DNA of 64,000 bases from Spirochaetia bacterium. GTDB taxonomy: Bacteria; Spirochaetota; Spirochaetia; SZUA-6; Bin103. Position numbers and translations under genes: made by a program. The stretch's first letter is position 1. Each line of letters begins with the position of its first letter. Positions 47,204 to 56,777 of this stretch are shown in pieces. Under the pieces are notes generated by a model. That model worked only from the letters and a program-made list of their open reading frames with translations. It was not told where the DNA came from and searched no databases. The stretch covers positions 960,001 to 1,024,000 of the forward strand of contig CBDBOV010000006.1 in NCBI GenBank assembly GCA_965208575.1. Reading direction: 5' to 3'.

Positions 47204-47923
47204 ATCACGCCAACCTCGGTATCCGCGCACAGCAGTACGGTCGAGAACTACATCAAGCGGATCTACCTGGAAGCGCAGAAGGACACCCGCGAGCGGGTGC
47301 CGATGAAGCGCCTCGCGGAAGGCATGGGAGTCTCGCCCGGTACCGCCACGGCGATGGTCAAGACGCTCGCACGGTCGGGCCTGATCGACTACGCGCCGCG
47401 CGACGGCAGCCGGCTCACCGCGGAGGGCGAGCAGCTCGCCCTCAACGTGCTGCGCCGGCACCGCCTGATTGAGGCGTTCCTGGTGGAGGTGCTCAAGCTC
47501 GACTGGTCGGAGGTGCACGGCGAGGCGGAACTGCTGGAGCACGCGATCAGCGACAAGGTGCTGGAGAAGATCGACGAGTTGATTGGCCGGCCGCGTGTCG
47601 ATCCGCACGGCGACCCGATCCCCACCAACCGCGGCGAGATCGACGACACGCGCTTCGAGACGCTGGCGCAACGCGCCACCGGCGATCGCCTGCGCATCGT
47701 GCGGGTGGTCGACCAGGATGCCGGCTTCCTGCGCTTTGCCGAGCGCCACGGGCTGGTGCCGGGCGCCGAGCTGGCGGTGGACCGGCAAGACGCCGAGGCC
47801 GATGCCGTCACCATCACCGCCGCCACCGGGGCCGCCGTCACCCTGGGAGCGAGCGCCGCGGCCAAGATCCTGGTGGCGGCCGTGCCGCCCGCCGACGATT
47901 CGGGCGACGGCGCCGATGGCTGA
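47204..47923 (+). CDS. DtxR/MntR family metal-dependent regulator with FeoA domain
   Basis: STVENYIKRIY, HTH, RRHRLIEAFL, EVHGEAELLEH, DPHGDPIP; start uncertain (ATC after GGAG). Confidence 0.85.
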   Translation: MTPTSVSAHSSTVENYIKRIYLEAQKDTRERVPMKRLAEGMGVSPGTATAMVKTLARSGLIDYAPRDGSRLTAEGEQLALNVLRRHRLIEAFLVEVLKLDWSEVHGEAELLEHAISDKVLEKIDELIGRPRVDPHGDPIPTNRGEIDDTRFETLAQRATGDRLRIVRVVDQDAGFLRFAERHGLVPGAELAVDRQDAEADAVTITAATGAAVTLGASAAAKILVAAVPPADDSGDGADG

Positions 47924-49685
47924 GGGTCCGGAACCGGACCGCGCGGCCGCGCTGCGGCTGGCCATGCTGCGCCACCGGTACGGCGACCGGCTCAGCGCCG
48001 AGCAGTGGGACGAGGTGAACCGGAAGCTGCGCTCCGAGGTGGTGGAGGTGTCGCTGACGCTCGCCGAGGTGGCGCTCGACCACACCCACGAGCCGCGGCC
48101 CCTGTTCACCCCATATCGCAACGACGAGCGCCCGGAACCTGGCGCGGGCGGCACCGCTCTCGGCGCCACCGGCCTGCCGCCGGAGCCGATCGCGGAACGG
48201 CGGGCTCCGAAAGGTGCGGGTGCGCGGGAAGAGGTGGTGTTTCGCCCGCTGCGGGAACTGGGCGAGCTGGTGCGCACGCGGCAGGTATCGCCGGTGGAAC
48301 TGACGGAGACATTCCTGGACCGCCTGCAGGCCATCGGCCCGCGCTACAACGCCGTGGTCACGCTGACGCCCGACCTGGCCTGCGCGCAGGCGCGGCGCGC
48401 CGAGCGGGAACTGGCCGCCGGCCACTGGCGCGGGCCGCTGCACGGCATCCCGTACGGAATCAAGGACCTGTTCGCCACCGCCGGCATTCCCACCTCGTGG
48501 GGCGCCGCGCCGTTTCGCCGCCAGGTGTTCGACTACGACGCGACCGTGGTGCGCCGGCTGCGGCAGGCGGGCGCGGTGCTGGCCGCCAAGCTGGCGATGG
48601 TGGAGATGGCCGGCGGCCTGGGCTACCGGCAGCCGGATGCCAGCTTCACCGGCCCCGGCATCAACCCGTGGGGCGGCACTACCTGGTCCGGCGGTTCCTC
48701 CAGCGGATCCGGCTCCGCCGTGGCGGCCGGCCTGGTACCGTTCGCGATCGGCACCGAGACCAACGGGTCGATCATCAGCCCGGCGGCCAACTGCGGCGTC
48801 GCCGGCCTGCGGCCGAGCTACGGGCGGGTGAGCCGCCACGGCGGCATGCCGCTGGCCTGGACCCTGGACAAGCCGGGCCCGCTCGCCCTGACCGCCGACG
48901 ACTGTGGCCTGGTGCTGAACGCCATCGCCGGCTTCGACCCCGACGACCCCACCACCGCGACCCGCGTGTACTCTCCTGGCGAGCCAAGCGATGCCACCGG
49001 CCGGCACCGCGGCGCCCGGCACGGCGCCGGCGCCGCCTTTGGGGAAGGCCGCCGCTTCCGACTGGCGTTGCCGGAGGGGGCCACCGACGACACCGAACCG
49101 GCGGTGCGCGACAACTTCGCCGCCGCCATCGCCGTGTTGGGGGAGGTCGCGGACATCGAGCCGGTAGTGCTGCCCGACCATCCGTATGAAGCAGTGATCT
49201 CCGCCATCCTGCTGAGCGAGTCGGCGTCGATCTTCGCCGAGCTGGCGCACAGCGGTCGGACGGCGGAGATGACCGCGCCGGAAGACCGCTACGGGATCTA
49301 TGCCCGCGGGACCACGCTGGCGGGCGACTACCTGCGCGCACAGCGCATCCGCAACCTGCTCGCGCGCGACCTGGACCGCCTCCTGGCCCCGTACGACGCG
49401 CTGGTGACGCCGTCGAGACCGGGCGTCGCCTCGCCGCTCGACAAACCCTTCGCCGGCGGCGGCAAGAAGCGCGCCGGGCGCCCGCGTTGCCCGATCAGCG
49501 CCGCCGGCAACCTGGCCGGCCTGCCGGCGATCAGCGTCCCCTCCGGCTTCACGAACGAAGGTCTCCCCACCGGCATCCAGTTCGTCGGCCGCGCCTACGA
49601 CGAGGCGGCCATCCTGGCCGTCGCCACCACCTACCAGTCCCTCACCCCCTGGCACCTCCGCCACCCCGCCGACTGTTGGTCCTGA
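47916..49685 (+). CDS. Amidase signature family enzyme with N-terminal extra domain
   Basis: GPLHGIPYGIKD, GGSSSGS, GTETNGS, GLPAIS. Confidence 0.88.
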   Translation: MAEGPEPDRAAALRLAMLRHRYGDRLSAEQWDEVNRKLRSEVVEVSLTLAEVALDHTHEPRPLFTPYRNDERPEPGAGGTALGATGLPPEPIAERRAPKGAGAREEVVFRPLRELGELVRTRQVSPVELTETFLDRLQAIGPRYNAVVTLTPDLACAQARRAERELAAGHWRGPLHGIPYGIKDLFATAGIPTSWGAAPFRRQVFDYDATVVRRLRQAGAVLAAKLAMVEMAGGLGYRQPDASFTGPGINPWGGTTWSGGSSSGSGSAVAAGLVPFAIGTETNGSIISPAANCGVAGLRPSYGRVSRHGGMPLAWTLDKPGPLALTADDCGLVLNAIAGFDPDDPTTATRVYSPGEPSDATGRHRGARHGAGAAFGEGRRFRLALPEGATDDTEPAVRDNFAAAIAVLGEVADIEPVVLPDHPYEAVISAILLSESASIFAELAHSGRTAEMTAPEDRYGIYARGTTLAGDYLRAQRIRNLLARDLDRLLAPYDALVTPSRPGVASPLDKPFAGGGKKRAGRPRCPISAAGNLAGLPAISVPSGFTNEGLPTGIQFVGRAYDEAAILAVATTYQSLTPWHLRHPADCWS

Positions 49686-49760
49686 TCGTGACAGCGAGTG
49701 ACAGAGACGATGTGCCTGTTCGCCGTGGCGACGCGTACGTATAATCGCGCGGGATAGCGT

Positions 49761-50864
49761 ATGCCAAAGTTGAAAGACGTCATCGTCAGGGGGTTCCGAT
49801 CCATCAGGGAGATGGAGCTTGAACTTGGACCGATCAACGTTTGCATTGGGGCAAACGGGGCGGGCAAGAGCAACCTCATCGAGTTCTTCAAGATGATCAA
49901 CGAACTCATGGGCGGTCGATTGCAGCAATACATCGCCACCACGGGACGCGCCGCGGCCAATCTCCACTTTGGCCCCAAGGTGACACCCCAGCTAGAAGCG
50001 GAGCTGAGGTTTGAAGCTGACCAAGGCACGGATGTGTACCAGGTGAGATTGTTCTATGCAGCCGGAGATGCTCTTATCTTCGCCGATGAGACCCTGTCGT
50101 TTCTCGGACTGGGGCACGACTCTCCTCGGCAGATATCCTTGGGAGCGGGACATCAAGAAGCTCTCGTACGGGACTATGTCGAAGACGATCCTCTGATCAA
50201 TGTTCTGAGGAATTTCCTGAACAGATGCCGGGTCTATCATTTTCACGATACCTCACCGACGGCTCGGATCCGTCAACACTGCTACATCGGAGACGACCGT
50301 TGGTTAATGCCGGACGCGGCCAACCTTGCCGCAGTTCTCTATCGACTAAAAAATGAGAAAGAACGCATCTATCGCCGGATTGTAAGAGACGTCGCACAGA
50401 TTGCACCGTTCTTCGAAGACTTTCAACTTGAGCCCTCGGGGCGTTCCGGAAACGACATCATTCTGAATTGGAGGCACCGCGGGTCTGATCTCCTTTTCGG
50501 CCCGCATCAGCTGTCGGACGGCACCTTGCGAGCTATCTGCTTGATTTCACTGCTCCAACAACCAACAGAGGACCTTCCATATCTGATCGTGGTCGATGAA
50601 CCGGAACTCGGCCTGCACCCTCAAGCACTCGAAATGATCGCCTCTTTGTTTCAGGCAGTGAGTGAGAACGTACAGGTCCTCATCAGTACGCAGTCCAGTA
50701 CGTTCGTCGATGCGTTCGAACTAGGTGACATCATTGTCGTCGAGCGGAAGGGTGAGGCGACGACGTTCGAACGACCTGACCCGCAAACCCTGGAGTCCTG
50801 GTTGGAAGACTACTCGCTAGGCGAGATCTGGGAAAAAAACGTCATCGGTGGCAGCCCGGGTTGA
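49761..50864 (+). CDS. ABC-type (AAA_21-like) ATPase
   Basis: GANGAGKS, LSDGT, VVDEPELGLHP, STQS; TATAAT at 49740; lower GC. Confidence 0.85.
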   Translation: MPKLKDVIVRGFRSIREMELELGPINVCIGANGAGKSNLIEFFKMINELMGGRLQQYIATTGRAAANLHFGPKVTPQLEAELRFEADQGTDVYQVRLFYAAGDALIFADETLSFLGLGHDSPRQISLGAGHQEALVRDYVEDDPLINVLRNFLNRCRVYHFHDTSPTARIRQHCYIGDDRWLMPDAANLAAVLYRLKNEKERIYRRIVRDVAQIAPFFEDFQLEPSGRSGNDIILNWRHRGSDLLFGPHQLSDGTLRAICLISLLQQPTEDLPYLIVVDEPELGLHPQALEMIASLFQAVSENVQVLISTQSSTFVDAFELGDIIVVERKGEATTFERPDPQTLESWLEDYSLGEIWEKNVIGGSPG

Positions 50865-51556
50865 TGGCGCGACTTCATCTGTTCGCTGAAGGTACAACCG
50901 AATTGGTATTCGCTCGCGATGTTCTGGGTCCGCACTTGGCAAGTCTCGGGGTCTATCTGCATAAGCCCGTGCTCGTTGCTCACGCCCGAAAGAAAGGGAG
51001 GGTCCATCGCGGTGGAGGACGTAGATTCCGACCGATGCAGAATGACATACAGCGGCGACTCAAGGAAGATCGAAGCGACGACGTATACTTTACAACCATG
51101 ATTGACCTCTATGCTCTTCATCACGACTTCCCCGGACGAGAACAAGCGGACCACCTCTTGAGCCGACCCTATGATCGTGTAACATCCCTGGAGAAGTCGT
51201 GGCAGAACGAGACCAACGATCATCGATTCCTTCCGTTTATCCAGTTGCACGAATTCGAATCCTATCTGTTTACTGACGTAGCTAAACTAACCGAGTTCTT
51301 CGACAATTCGAGCGGCGCAATTAGGGAACTGCAAAGTGTCACCGATGGTGCCAAGTCCCCGGAGTTGATCGACGATGGGCAACACTCGGCACCATCACAG
51401 AGGATCATTGCGCAATTCCCCACGTACAAGAACCTGAAGACGACAGTAGGGCCGCAGATGGCGAAGCTCATCGGGCTGCAGAAGATCCGCTCGGCGTGTC
51501 CGCACTTCGACAGGTGGCTCGGTCGCCTCGAACAGCTTGGGAGTGCGCCGGGCTGA
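50864..51556 (+). CDS. DUF4276-like TOPRIM-fold protein
   Basis: LFAEGTTE, MIDLY, FIQLHEFES, PELIDD..SAPSQRI, IRSACPHF; coupled to the ATPase. Confidence 0.75.
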   Translation: MARLHLFAEGTTELVFARDVLGPHLASLGVYLHKPVLVAHARKKGRVHRGGGRRFRPMQNDIQRRLKEDRSDDVYFTTMIDLYALHHDFPGREQADHLLSRPYDRVTSLEKSWQNETNDHRFLPFIQLHEFESYLFTDVAKLTEFFDNSSGAIRELQSVTDGAKSPELIDDGQHSAPSQRIIAQFPTYKNLKTTVGPQMAKLIGLQKIRSACPHFDRWLGRLEQLGSAPG

Positions 51557-51627
51557 ACATTGAGGCTCGACCATAGCGCTGGCGGGCGTGGCCGTCGGGA
51601 CGCGGTTCGCTTTAGGATGGCGGCGAC

Positions 51628-53214
51628 ATGGCTATCGACCACATCGCCGACAAGGTCCGCGCCGCGCGCGAGTTGCGCGAGCACCTGCTGAGCGACCGCT
51701 ACCGGCCCGGCTACCACTTCGCCGTTCCCGAGGATATCGGGCGGCCCGGCGACCCCAACGGAGCGTTCTACGCCGACGGGCGCTACCACCTGATGTACCT
51801 GTACGACCGCCGCGGTGTGGGCGGCTGGAAGGGCAAGGGCTACGCCTGGGGGCACGTCTCCAGCGCCGACCTGGTGCATTGGCGCCACCACCCCGACGCC
51901 CTGCTGCCCGACGACCGCGACGGCGGCATCTTCAGCGGCGGCGCATTCCTGGACGACGACGGCACCGCGTATCTCACCTACTGGCGGGTCAACGAGGCCT
52001 CCGAGGGCACCGGCATCGGCATCGCGCGCAGCAGCGACCGCCACTACGAGCGCTGGGAGAAGCTTGACGTTCCCTCCCTGGACGGCACCGAGTTCGGCAT
52101 CCGCACAGCCACCGGCGCCGGCGGCGAGAGCGACCACCTGTGCAACGCGGACCCGAGCAACATCTGGAAACACAACGGCACCTACTACCTGCAGGCGGGC
52201 AACCTGCTGGTGCTCAACAAGCTCGGGCGCGGCGACCAGGCCCCGGCGCACTACCGCGGCGACTGGGTGGACCTGTTCCGCTCGCGGGATCTCCGCGAGT
52301 GGGAGTACGTGCACCGCTTCTACGAGCGCCGGCGCGACAACTCCTGGACTCAGGAGAGCGAGGACGACATGTGTCCGAGCTTTCTGCCGCTGCCCGGTTC
52401 GCGCGCCGGCGGCGCCGCCAGCGGCAAGCACCTGCAACTGTTCATCTCCCACAACATGGGCTGCCAGTACTACGTCGGCACCTACGACGGCGAGCGTGCG
52501 CGGTTCGTTCCGGAGGCGCACGGACGCATGAGCTGGGTGGACAACACGTTCTTCGCCCCCGAGGCGCTGATCGACGGACGCGGACGCCAGATCATGTGGG
52601 CATGGCTCACCGACAACCCCGCGAAGGGAATCGAGGATGCGCTGCGCGACGGCTGGTGCGGCGTGTACGGCCTGCCGCGCACGCTGTGGCTCGGCGCTGA
52701 CGGGCGCACGCTGCACCTGGCACCGGTCCCGGAGCTGGAGCGGCTGCGCTGTCACCCGAAGGAGTTCGCCGACGCAACCGTGACCGACGCCACCCAGGTA
52801 CCGCTTGCCGGCGTCGACGGTCTCTCCTGCGAAATCGGCGTGCGCATCGACCCCGGCTCGGCGCGGCAGGCGGGCGTGCGGGTGCGCACCAGCCCGGACG
52901 GCGCGGAGACCACCCTGCTCTACTACGACGCGGACGCCCGGCGGCTGTGCTTCGACGCCACCCGCAGCGGCAGGAAGGGCCGCCCGGTGCTGGAGCAGGC
53001 GCCGCTGGAACTCGCCACGGGTGAGCCGCTGCACCTGCGCGTGTTCATCGACAAGTCGGTGATCGAGGTGTTCGCCAATGACCGCCAGGCGATCACCCGC
53101 CGGGTGTATCCGGAAGGCGACGCCAGCGACGGCGTCGCGCTGTTCGCCCGCGGCGGCAGCGCCACCTGCAGCGCCATCCGCACCTGGGACATGATGCCCG
53201 CCAACGCCTGGTAG
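51628..53214 (+). CDS. Glycoside hydrolase family 32
   Basis: RPGYHF, GDPNG, WGHVSS.DLVHW, FSGG, ADP, DMCP, DKSVIEVF. Confidence 0.85.
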   Translation: MAIDHIADKVRAARELREHLLSDRYRPGYHFAVPEDIGRPGDPNGAFYADGRYHLMYLYDRRGVGGWKGKGYAWGHVSSADLVHWRHHPDALLPDDRDGGIFSGGAFLDDDGTAYLTYWRVNEASEGTGIGIARSSDRHYERWEKLDVPSLDGTEFGIRTATGAGGESDHLCNADPSNIWKHNGTYYLQAGNLLVLNKLGRGDQAPAHYRGDWVDLFRSRDLREWEYVHRFYERRRDNSWTQESEDDMCPSFLPLPGSRAGGAASGKHLQLFISHNMGCQYYVGTYDGERARFVPEAHGRMSWVDNTFFAPEALIDGRGRQIMWAWLTDNPAKGIEDALRDGWCGVYGLPRTLWLGADGRTLHLAPVPELERLRCHPKEFADATVTDATQVPLAGVDGLSCEIGVRIDPGSARQAGVRVRTSPDGAETTLLYYDADARRLCFDATRSGRKGRPVLEQAPLELATGEPLHLRVFIDKSVIEVFANDRQAITRRVYPEGDASDGVALFARGGSATCSAIRTWDMMPANAW

Positions 53215-53249
53215 GCGAGGCGAGTCCGGACACCAGAAACGGTCCGCCC

Positions 53250-54398
53250 ATGCCGCCACTGGCTGCCGGCCTGGTACTGTTCTCCACCCTGCTGCACGCC
53301 GGTTGGAACCTGCTCGCCAAGCAAGGCAGCGGCGCACCCGACCTGTTCCCGCGCGTGCTGCTGGCGCTGGTCGTGGCCGGCGTGCTGATCGGGTTGTTGG
53401 GCGAGTGGCGGGCCACCGCCGTGCTGCCGGCGGTGTGGCCGTTCCTGTGGCGCGGCCCGCCGCTTCTGCCGGCGGTCTGGCCGTTTCTGCTGGTCGCCGG
53501 GGCGTTTCAGGCCGCCTACTTCCTGGGCCTGACCTTGGGCTATCGCTCCGGCGACCTGAGCCTGGTGTATCCGCTGGTGCGCGCCTTGCCGGTTCTGCTG
53601 ATCAGCCTGTTCGACGTACTGCGCGGCGAGGTGCCCGGGACCGCCGGCTGGCTCGGGCTGGCGCTGGTACTGATCGGCTGCCTGCTGGTGGCGTCGCCGG
53701 CGCACGCGCCACGAACGAACCCGCCCGGCGCCGCGGGCGATACGACGGACCGGCTCCGAGGCATGGGACGGCTGCGGTTGCCCGCCGGCGGCGGGTCTGC
53801 GCGGCGCCGGGTGTCCGACCACGGTCCGCCGGCAACGCCGGCGCTACGGTGGCACGGCGCAGCCATCGGTTGGGCCGTGGTCGCCGCGCTCGGCACCGTC
53901 GGTTACACGGTCGCCGACAAGCTTGCGGCCGACGCGCTGTCAGCCGCCGGCAGCGCGGGCGCCGGCGCGGCATTTCGCTATGGATCCTTGGAATTCGCCA
54001 TCAGCGCCGCTTACTTCCTGCCGGCGCTGGCCCTGGTCGACCGGATCCGGAAGCCTCGCCCGGCATCGCGCTCCACCACCGACGCACCGCCGCCCACCCC
54101 GCCCACCCCGCCCACCCCGCCCACCCCGCCTACCCCGCCCACGCCGCCGGTTCGGCAACCGCGACGCTGGCCGGTGGTCGTGCTGATCGCAGCGCTGATG
54201 TACGTCACCTACGCGCTCGTCTTGTGGGCCTTCCAGGCAAGCTGGCAGACCAGCTACGTGGTGGCCCTGAGGCAGTTCAGCATCGTCGTTGGGGTGGTCG
54301 GCGGCGCGCTGCTGCTCGGCGAGACGGCGCGCGCGCTGCGCATGACCGGCGCGGTGGTGATCGTCACCGGCGTTGCCGCCATCACCCTGGCCGGCTGA
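53250..54398 (+). CDS. EamA/DMT family transporter
   Basis: HAGWNLLAK, GDLSLVYPL, YTVADK, VALRQFS; multiple TM helices. Confidence 0.82.
   Translation: MPPLAAGLVLFSTLLHAGWNLLAKQGSGAPDLFPRVLLALVVAGVLIGLLGEWRATAVLPAVWPFLWRGPPLLPAVWPFLLVAGAFQAAYFLGLTLGYRSGDLSLVYPLVRALPVLLISLFDVLRGEVPGTAGWLGLALVLIGCLLVASPAHAPRTNPPGAAGDTTDRLRGMGRLRLPAGGGSARRRVSDHGPPATPALRWHGAAIGWAVVAALGTVGYTVADKLAADALSAAGSAGAGAAFRYGSLEFAISAAYFLPALALVDRIRKPRPASRSTTDAPPPTPPTPPTPPTPPTPPTPPVRQPRRWPVVVLIAALMYVTYALVLWAFQASWQTSYVVALRQFSIVVGVVGGALLLGETARALRMTGAVVIVTGVAAITLAG
54090..54149. repeat. 9-bp coding tandem repeat CCGCCCACC (PPT) x~6
   Basis: Read directly within an EamA loop. Confidence 0.85.
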
Positions 54399-54440
54399 CC
54401 GGCGCTGGTCGGCACTCCGCCCGGCGCCGCGCCGGCCGGC

Positions 54441-55787
54441 TCAGTCCGCGGGGCGGCGCAGGTGCACGCTGTGGGCGTGCGCCTCGAAGCCCTCGATGCC
54501 GGCGAGCAGTTCGATGTCGTCGAACCCCTGCCGCGGCAGGCCGCGCGGGTAGGCCTCGATGCTGGTGCGCTTCAGAAAGGTGTACACGCTGCAGCCGGAA
54601 CTGAAGCGCGCCGTGCGCCCGGTGGGCAGGCAGTGGCTCGGGCCGGCCCAGTAGTCGCCGCTGGCCACCGGGGAACGGTCGCCCAGGAACACCGCGCCGG
54701 CGTTGCGCACCTCCTCCAACGCCGCGTGCGGCTCGGCAACCGCCAGCGTCAGGTGCTCGGGCGCGATGCGGTCGATCAGGGCATACGCCGCCGGCAGGTC
54801 CGGCGCCTGCACCAGCGCGCAGTTCTCGGCCAGCGCGCGCTCCAGGGCGGCCCGCCGCGAGCGCCCGGCAAGCAGTCCGGCCAGTTCGTCCGCCACCCGG
54901 TCGATCACGGCGCGTTCGACGGCGACCAGGATCGCCGTGCCGGGATCGTGCTCGGCCTGCGCCAGGAGGTCGGCGGCGACCCAGGCGGGACGAGCCGCCG
55001 CGTCGGCGAGCACGACGATCTCGCTCGGCCCGTACAGGCCGTCGATGCCGACGGTACCGAACAGCTTGCGCTTGGCCTGCTGGCCGTAGACGTTGCTCGG
55101 TCCGGCGATCATCTCCACCGGTGCGACGCGCTCGGTGCCGAGTGCCAGGGCGGCCAACGCAAACCCGCCGATGCGGTACACGTTGTCGATTCCGAGCAGG
55201 TGGCACAGGCCGAGCACGGTGCCGTCCATCTCAACGGCCGAGCCGGAGGCGCGCGGCGGCGCTGCCACCGCCAGCCGGCCGACGCCGGCCACCTGCGCCG
55301 GCACCGCCAACATGATCACGGTCGACGGGTAGGCGCCCGCACCTCCGGGCACCGACAGGCCGGCACTCGCTACCGGCGTGTGGCGCAGCCCCAGTTCGGC
55401 GCCGTGGCGGTGCAGCGGCGGCGGATCGGCCGGCATGATGTGGGACTGGTAGGCGCGTACGTTGTCCGCCGCCCGCCGCAGCGCCGCCGCCACCCGCGGC
55501 TCCAGCGCCGCGCCGGCGGCGGCCAGGGTCTCGGGGGCCACCCGGATCGCCGCCTCGGAGTAGTCGCCGCGCGTGTGCCGCCGCAGATAGTCCACGATGG
55601 CGCCGTCGCCGCGGGCGCGCAGGTCGGCGACGAATTCGTCAAGCTGCTCGGCGACCTCGCCCCGCTCCCAGGAAGCGGCGGTAAAGCGGCCCAGAATCTC
55701 CTCCAGCCGGCGCCGGTCGCCGGCCAGGGCCAGGTCGAGAACCGGGATCGCGCCCGCACCGCGGCGCCCGGCGCCGCCTCCCGCCAA
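54441..55787 (-). CDS. hisD: Histidinol dehydrogenase
   Basis: YPSTVIM, GPSE, QAEHD, APEHL, GDY.AGPSH.LPT, EGFEAH. Confidence 0.88.
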   Translation of the reverse strand: MAGGGAGRRGAGAIPVLDLALAGDRRRLEEILGRFTAASWERGEVAEQLDEFVADLRARGDGAIVDYLRRHTRGDYSEAAIRVAPETLAAAGAALEPRVAAALRRAADNVRAYQSHIMPADPPPLHRHGAELGLRHTPVASAGLSVPGGAGAYPSTVIMLAVPAQVAGVGRLAVAAPPRASGSAVEMDGTVLGLCHLLGIDNVYRIGGFALAALALGTERVAPVEMIAGPSNVYGQQAKRKLFGTVGIDGLYGPSEIVVLADAAARPAWVAADLLAQAEHDPGTAILVAVERAVIDRVADELAGLLAGRSRRAALERALAENCALVQAPDLPAAYALIDRIAPEHLTLAVAEPHAALEEVRNAGAVFLGDRSPVASGDYWAGPSHCLPTGRTARFSSGCSVYTFLKRTSIEAYPRGLPRQGFDDIELLAGIEGFEAHAHSVHLRRPAD

Positions 55788-55796
55788 CGAGAAACC

Positions 55797-56774
55797 CTAC
55801 CCGCGGCGCTCGGCGAGCGGCGTCCAGCCGCGTCCGGGAGAGAACGCACGGGTACGGTCGTACTTTTCGCGCAACGCCTGGAACTGGCGCGGGTCGACCA
55901 CTTCGCGCTCCGGGTGGCGGTCGTCGCGGATCACGAAGTCCGCCTCCGGCGGATAGCAGGCCATGGTCACCGGCTCGCGCTCGGGGGTGTACGACTGCGG
56001 CTCTTCACCAACGTTGTTGGGCGCGTCGGTGCCCTGGTAGCGCAGGTCGAGGCTCCAGCGCACCATGCGCTGCGAGTTCGCGAACGACGCGTGCGGGGTC
56101 AGGTTGGTCATGAACAGCACGTCGCCGGCGCGCATCTCCAGCGGCACCGGCTTCACCTCGGGCAGGTGTTCCGCGGGCACCTCGAGATAGCCGGCGTGGC
56201 CGCCGGTGTAGTGCTGCAGAATGCCGCCCCGCTGTACGCCGGGCAGCACGTGCAGGCAGCCGTTGGCAACGGTCACGTCGACCAGCGGCACCCAGCAGGT
56301 CACGATCAGGTAGACATCGCAATGCGCGAGCAGGTAGCCGGAGTCCTGGTGCCACGGCACCTCACCATGGTCCCACTGCGGCAGCTTGGGGCGAATCCGG
56401 TACACCGACGAGCCGATGATGTCGCTCCCGATCAGCCCCTCGATGCAGGACAGCAGCGGCGGATGTCGCAGGAACGCCAGCATCGGCGGACCGTGAAAGC
56501 CGCCGCCGCCGCGCCCCATGATCGCCCGGTAGATGTGTTCGCAGGCGGCCGGATTGGCGAAGCGGATCTCCGCCAGCCGGGTCTCGAACGGCTCGCCGGC
56601 GAATACATCGTCCAACTCACCGCGCGCCTGCAGCACGCGCGCCTCGCGATCGATGATCTCGGAGAGGCTGTCCCTGATCGGCTGCATGGCGGCCGCCGAG
56701 TACACCCCCTCCTTGACCACGTAACCCAGCCGCCGGAATTGGTCTATCTCGGCGGCGGTAAGGGCTCGGTGCAT
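55797..56774 (-). CDS. Phytanoyl-CoA dioxygenase family (Fe/2OG)
   Basis: PWHQD, WVPLVD, NGCL, PHAS..N, RWSLDLRY. Confidence 0.87.
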   Translation of the reverse strand: MHRALTAAEIDQFRRLGYVVKEGVYSAAAMQPIRDSLSEIIDREARVLQARGELDDVFAGEPFETRLAEIRFANPAACEHIYRAIMGRGGGGFHGPPMLAFLRHPPLLSCIEGLIGSDIIGSSVYRIRPKLPQWDHGEVPWHQDSGYLLAHCDVYLIVTCWVPLVDVTVANGCLHVLPGVQRGGILQHYTGGHAGYLEVPAEHLPEVKPVPLEMRAGDVLFMTNLTPHASFANSQRMVRWSLDLRYQGTDAPNNVGEEPQSYTPEREPVTMACYPPEADFVIRDDRHPEREVVDPRQFQALREKYDRTRAFSPGRGWTPLAERRG

Positions 56775-56777
56775 TGG

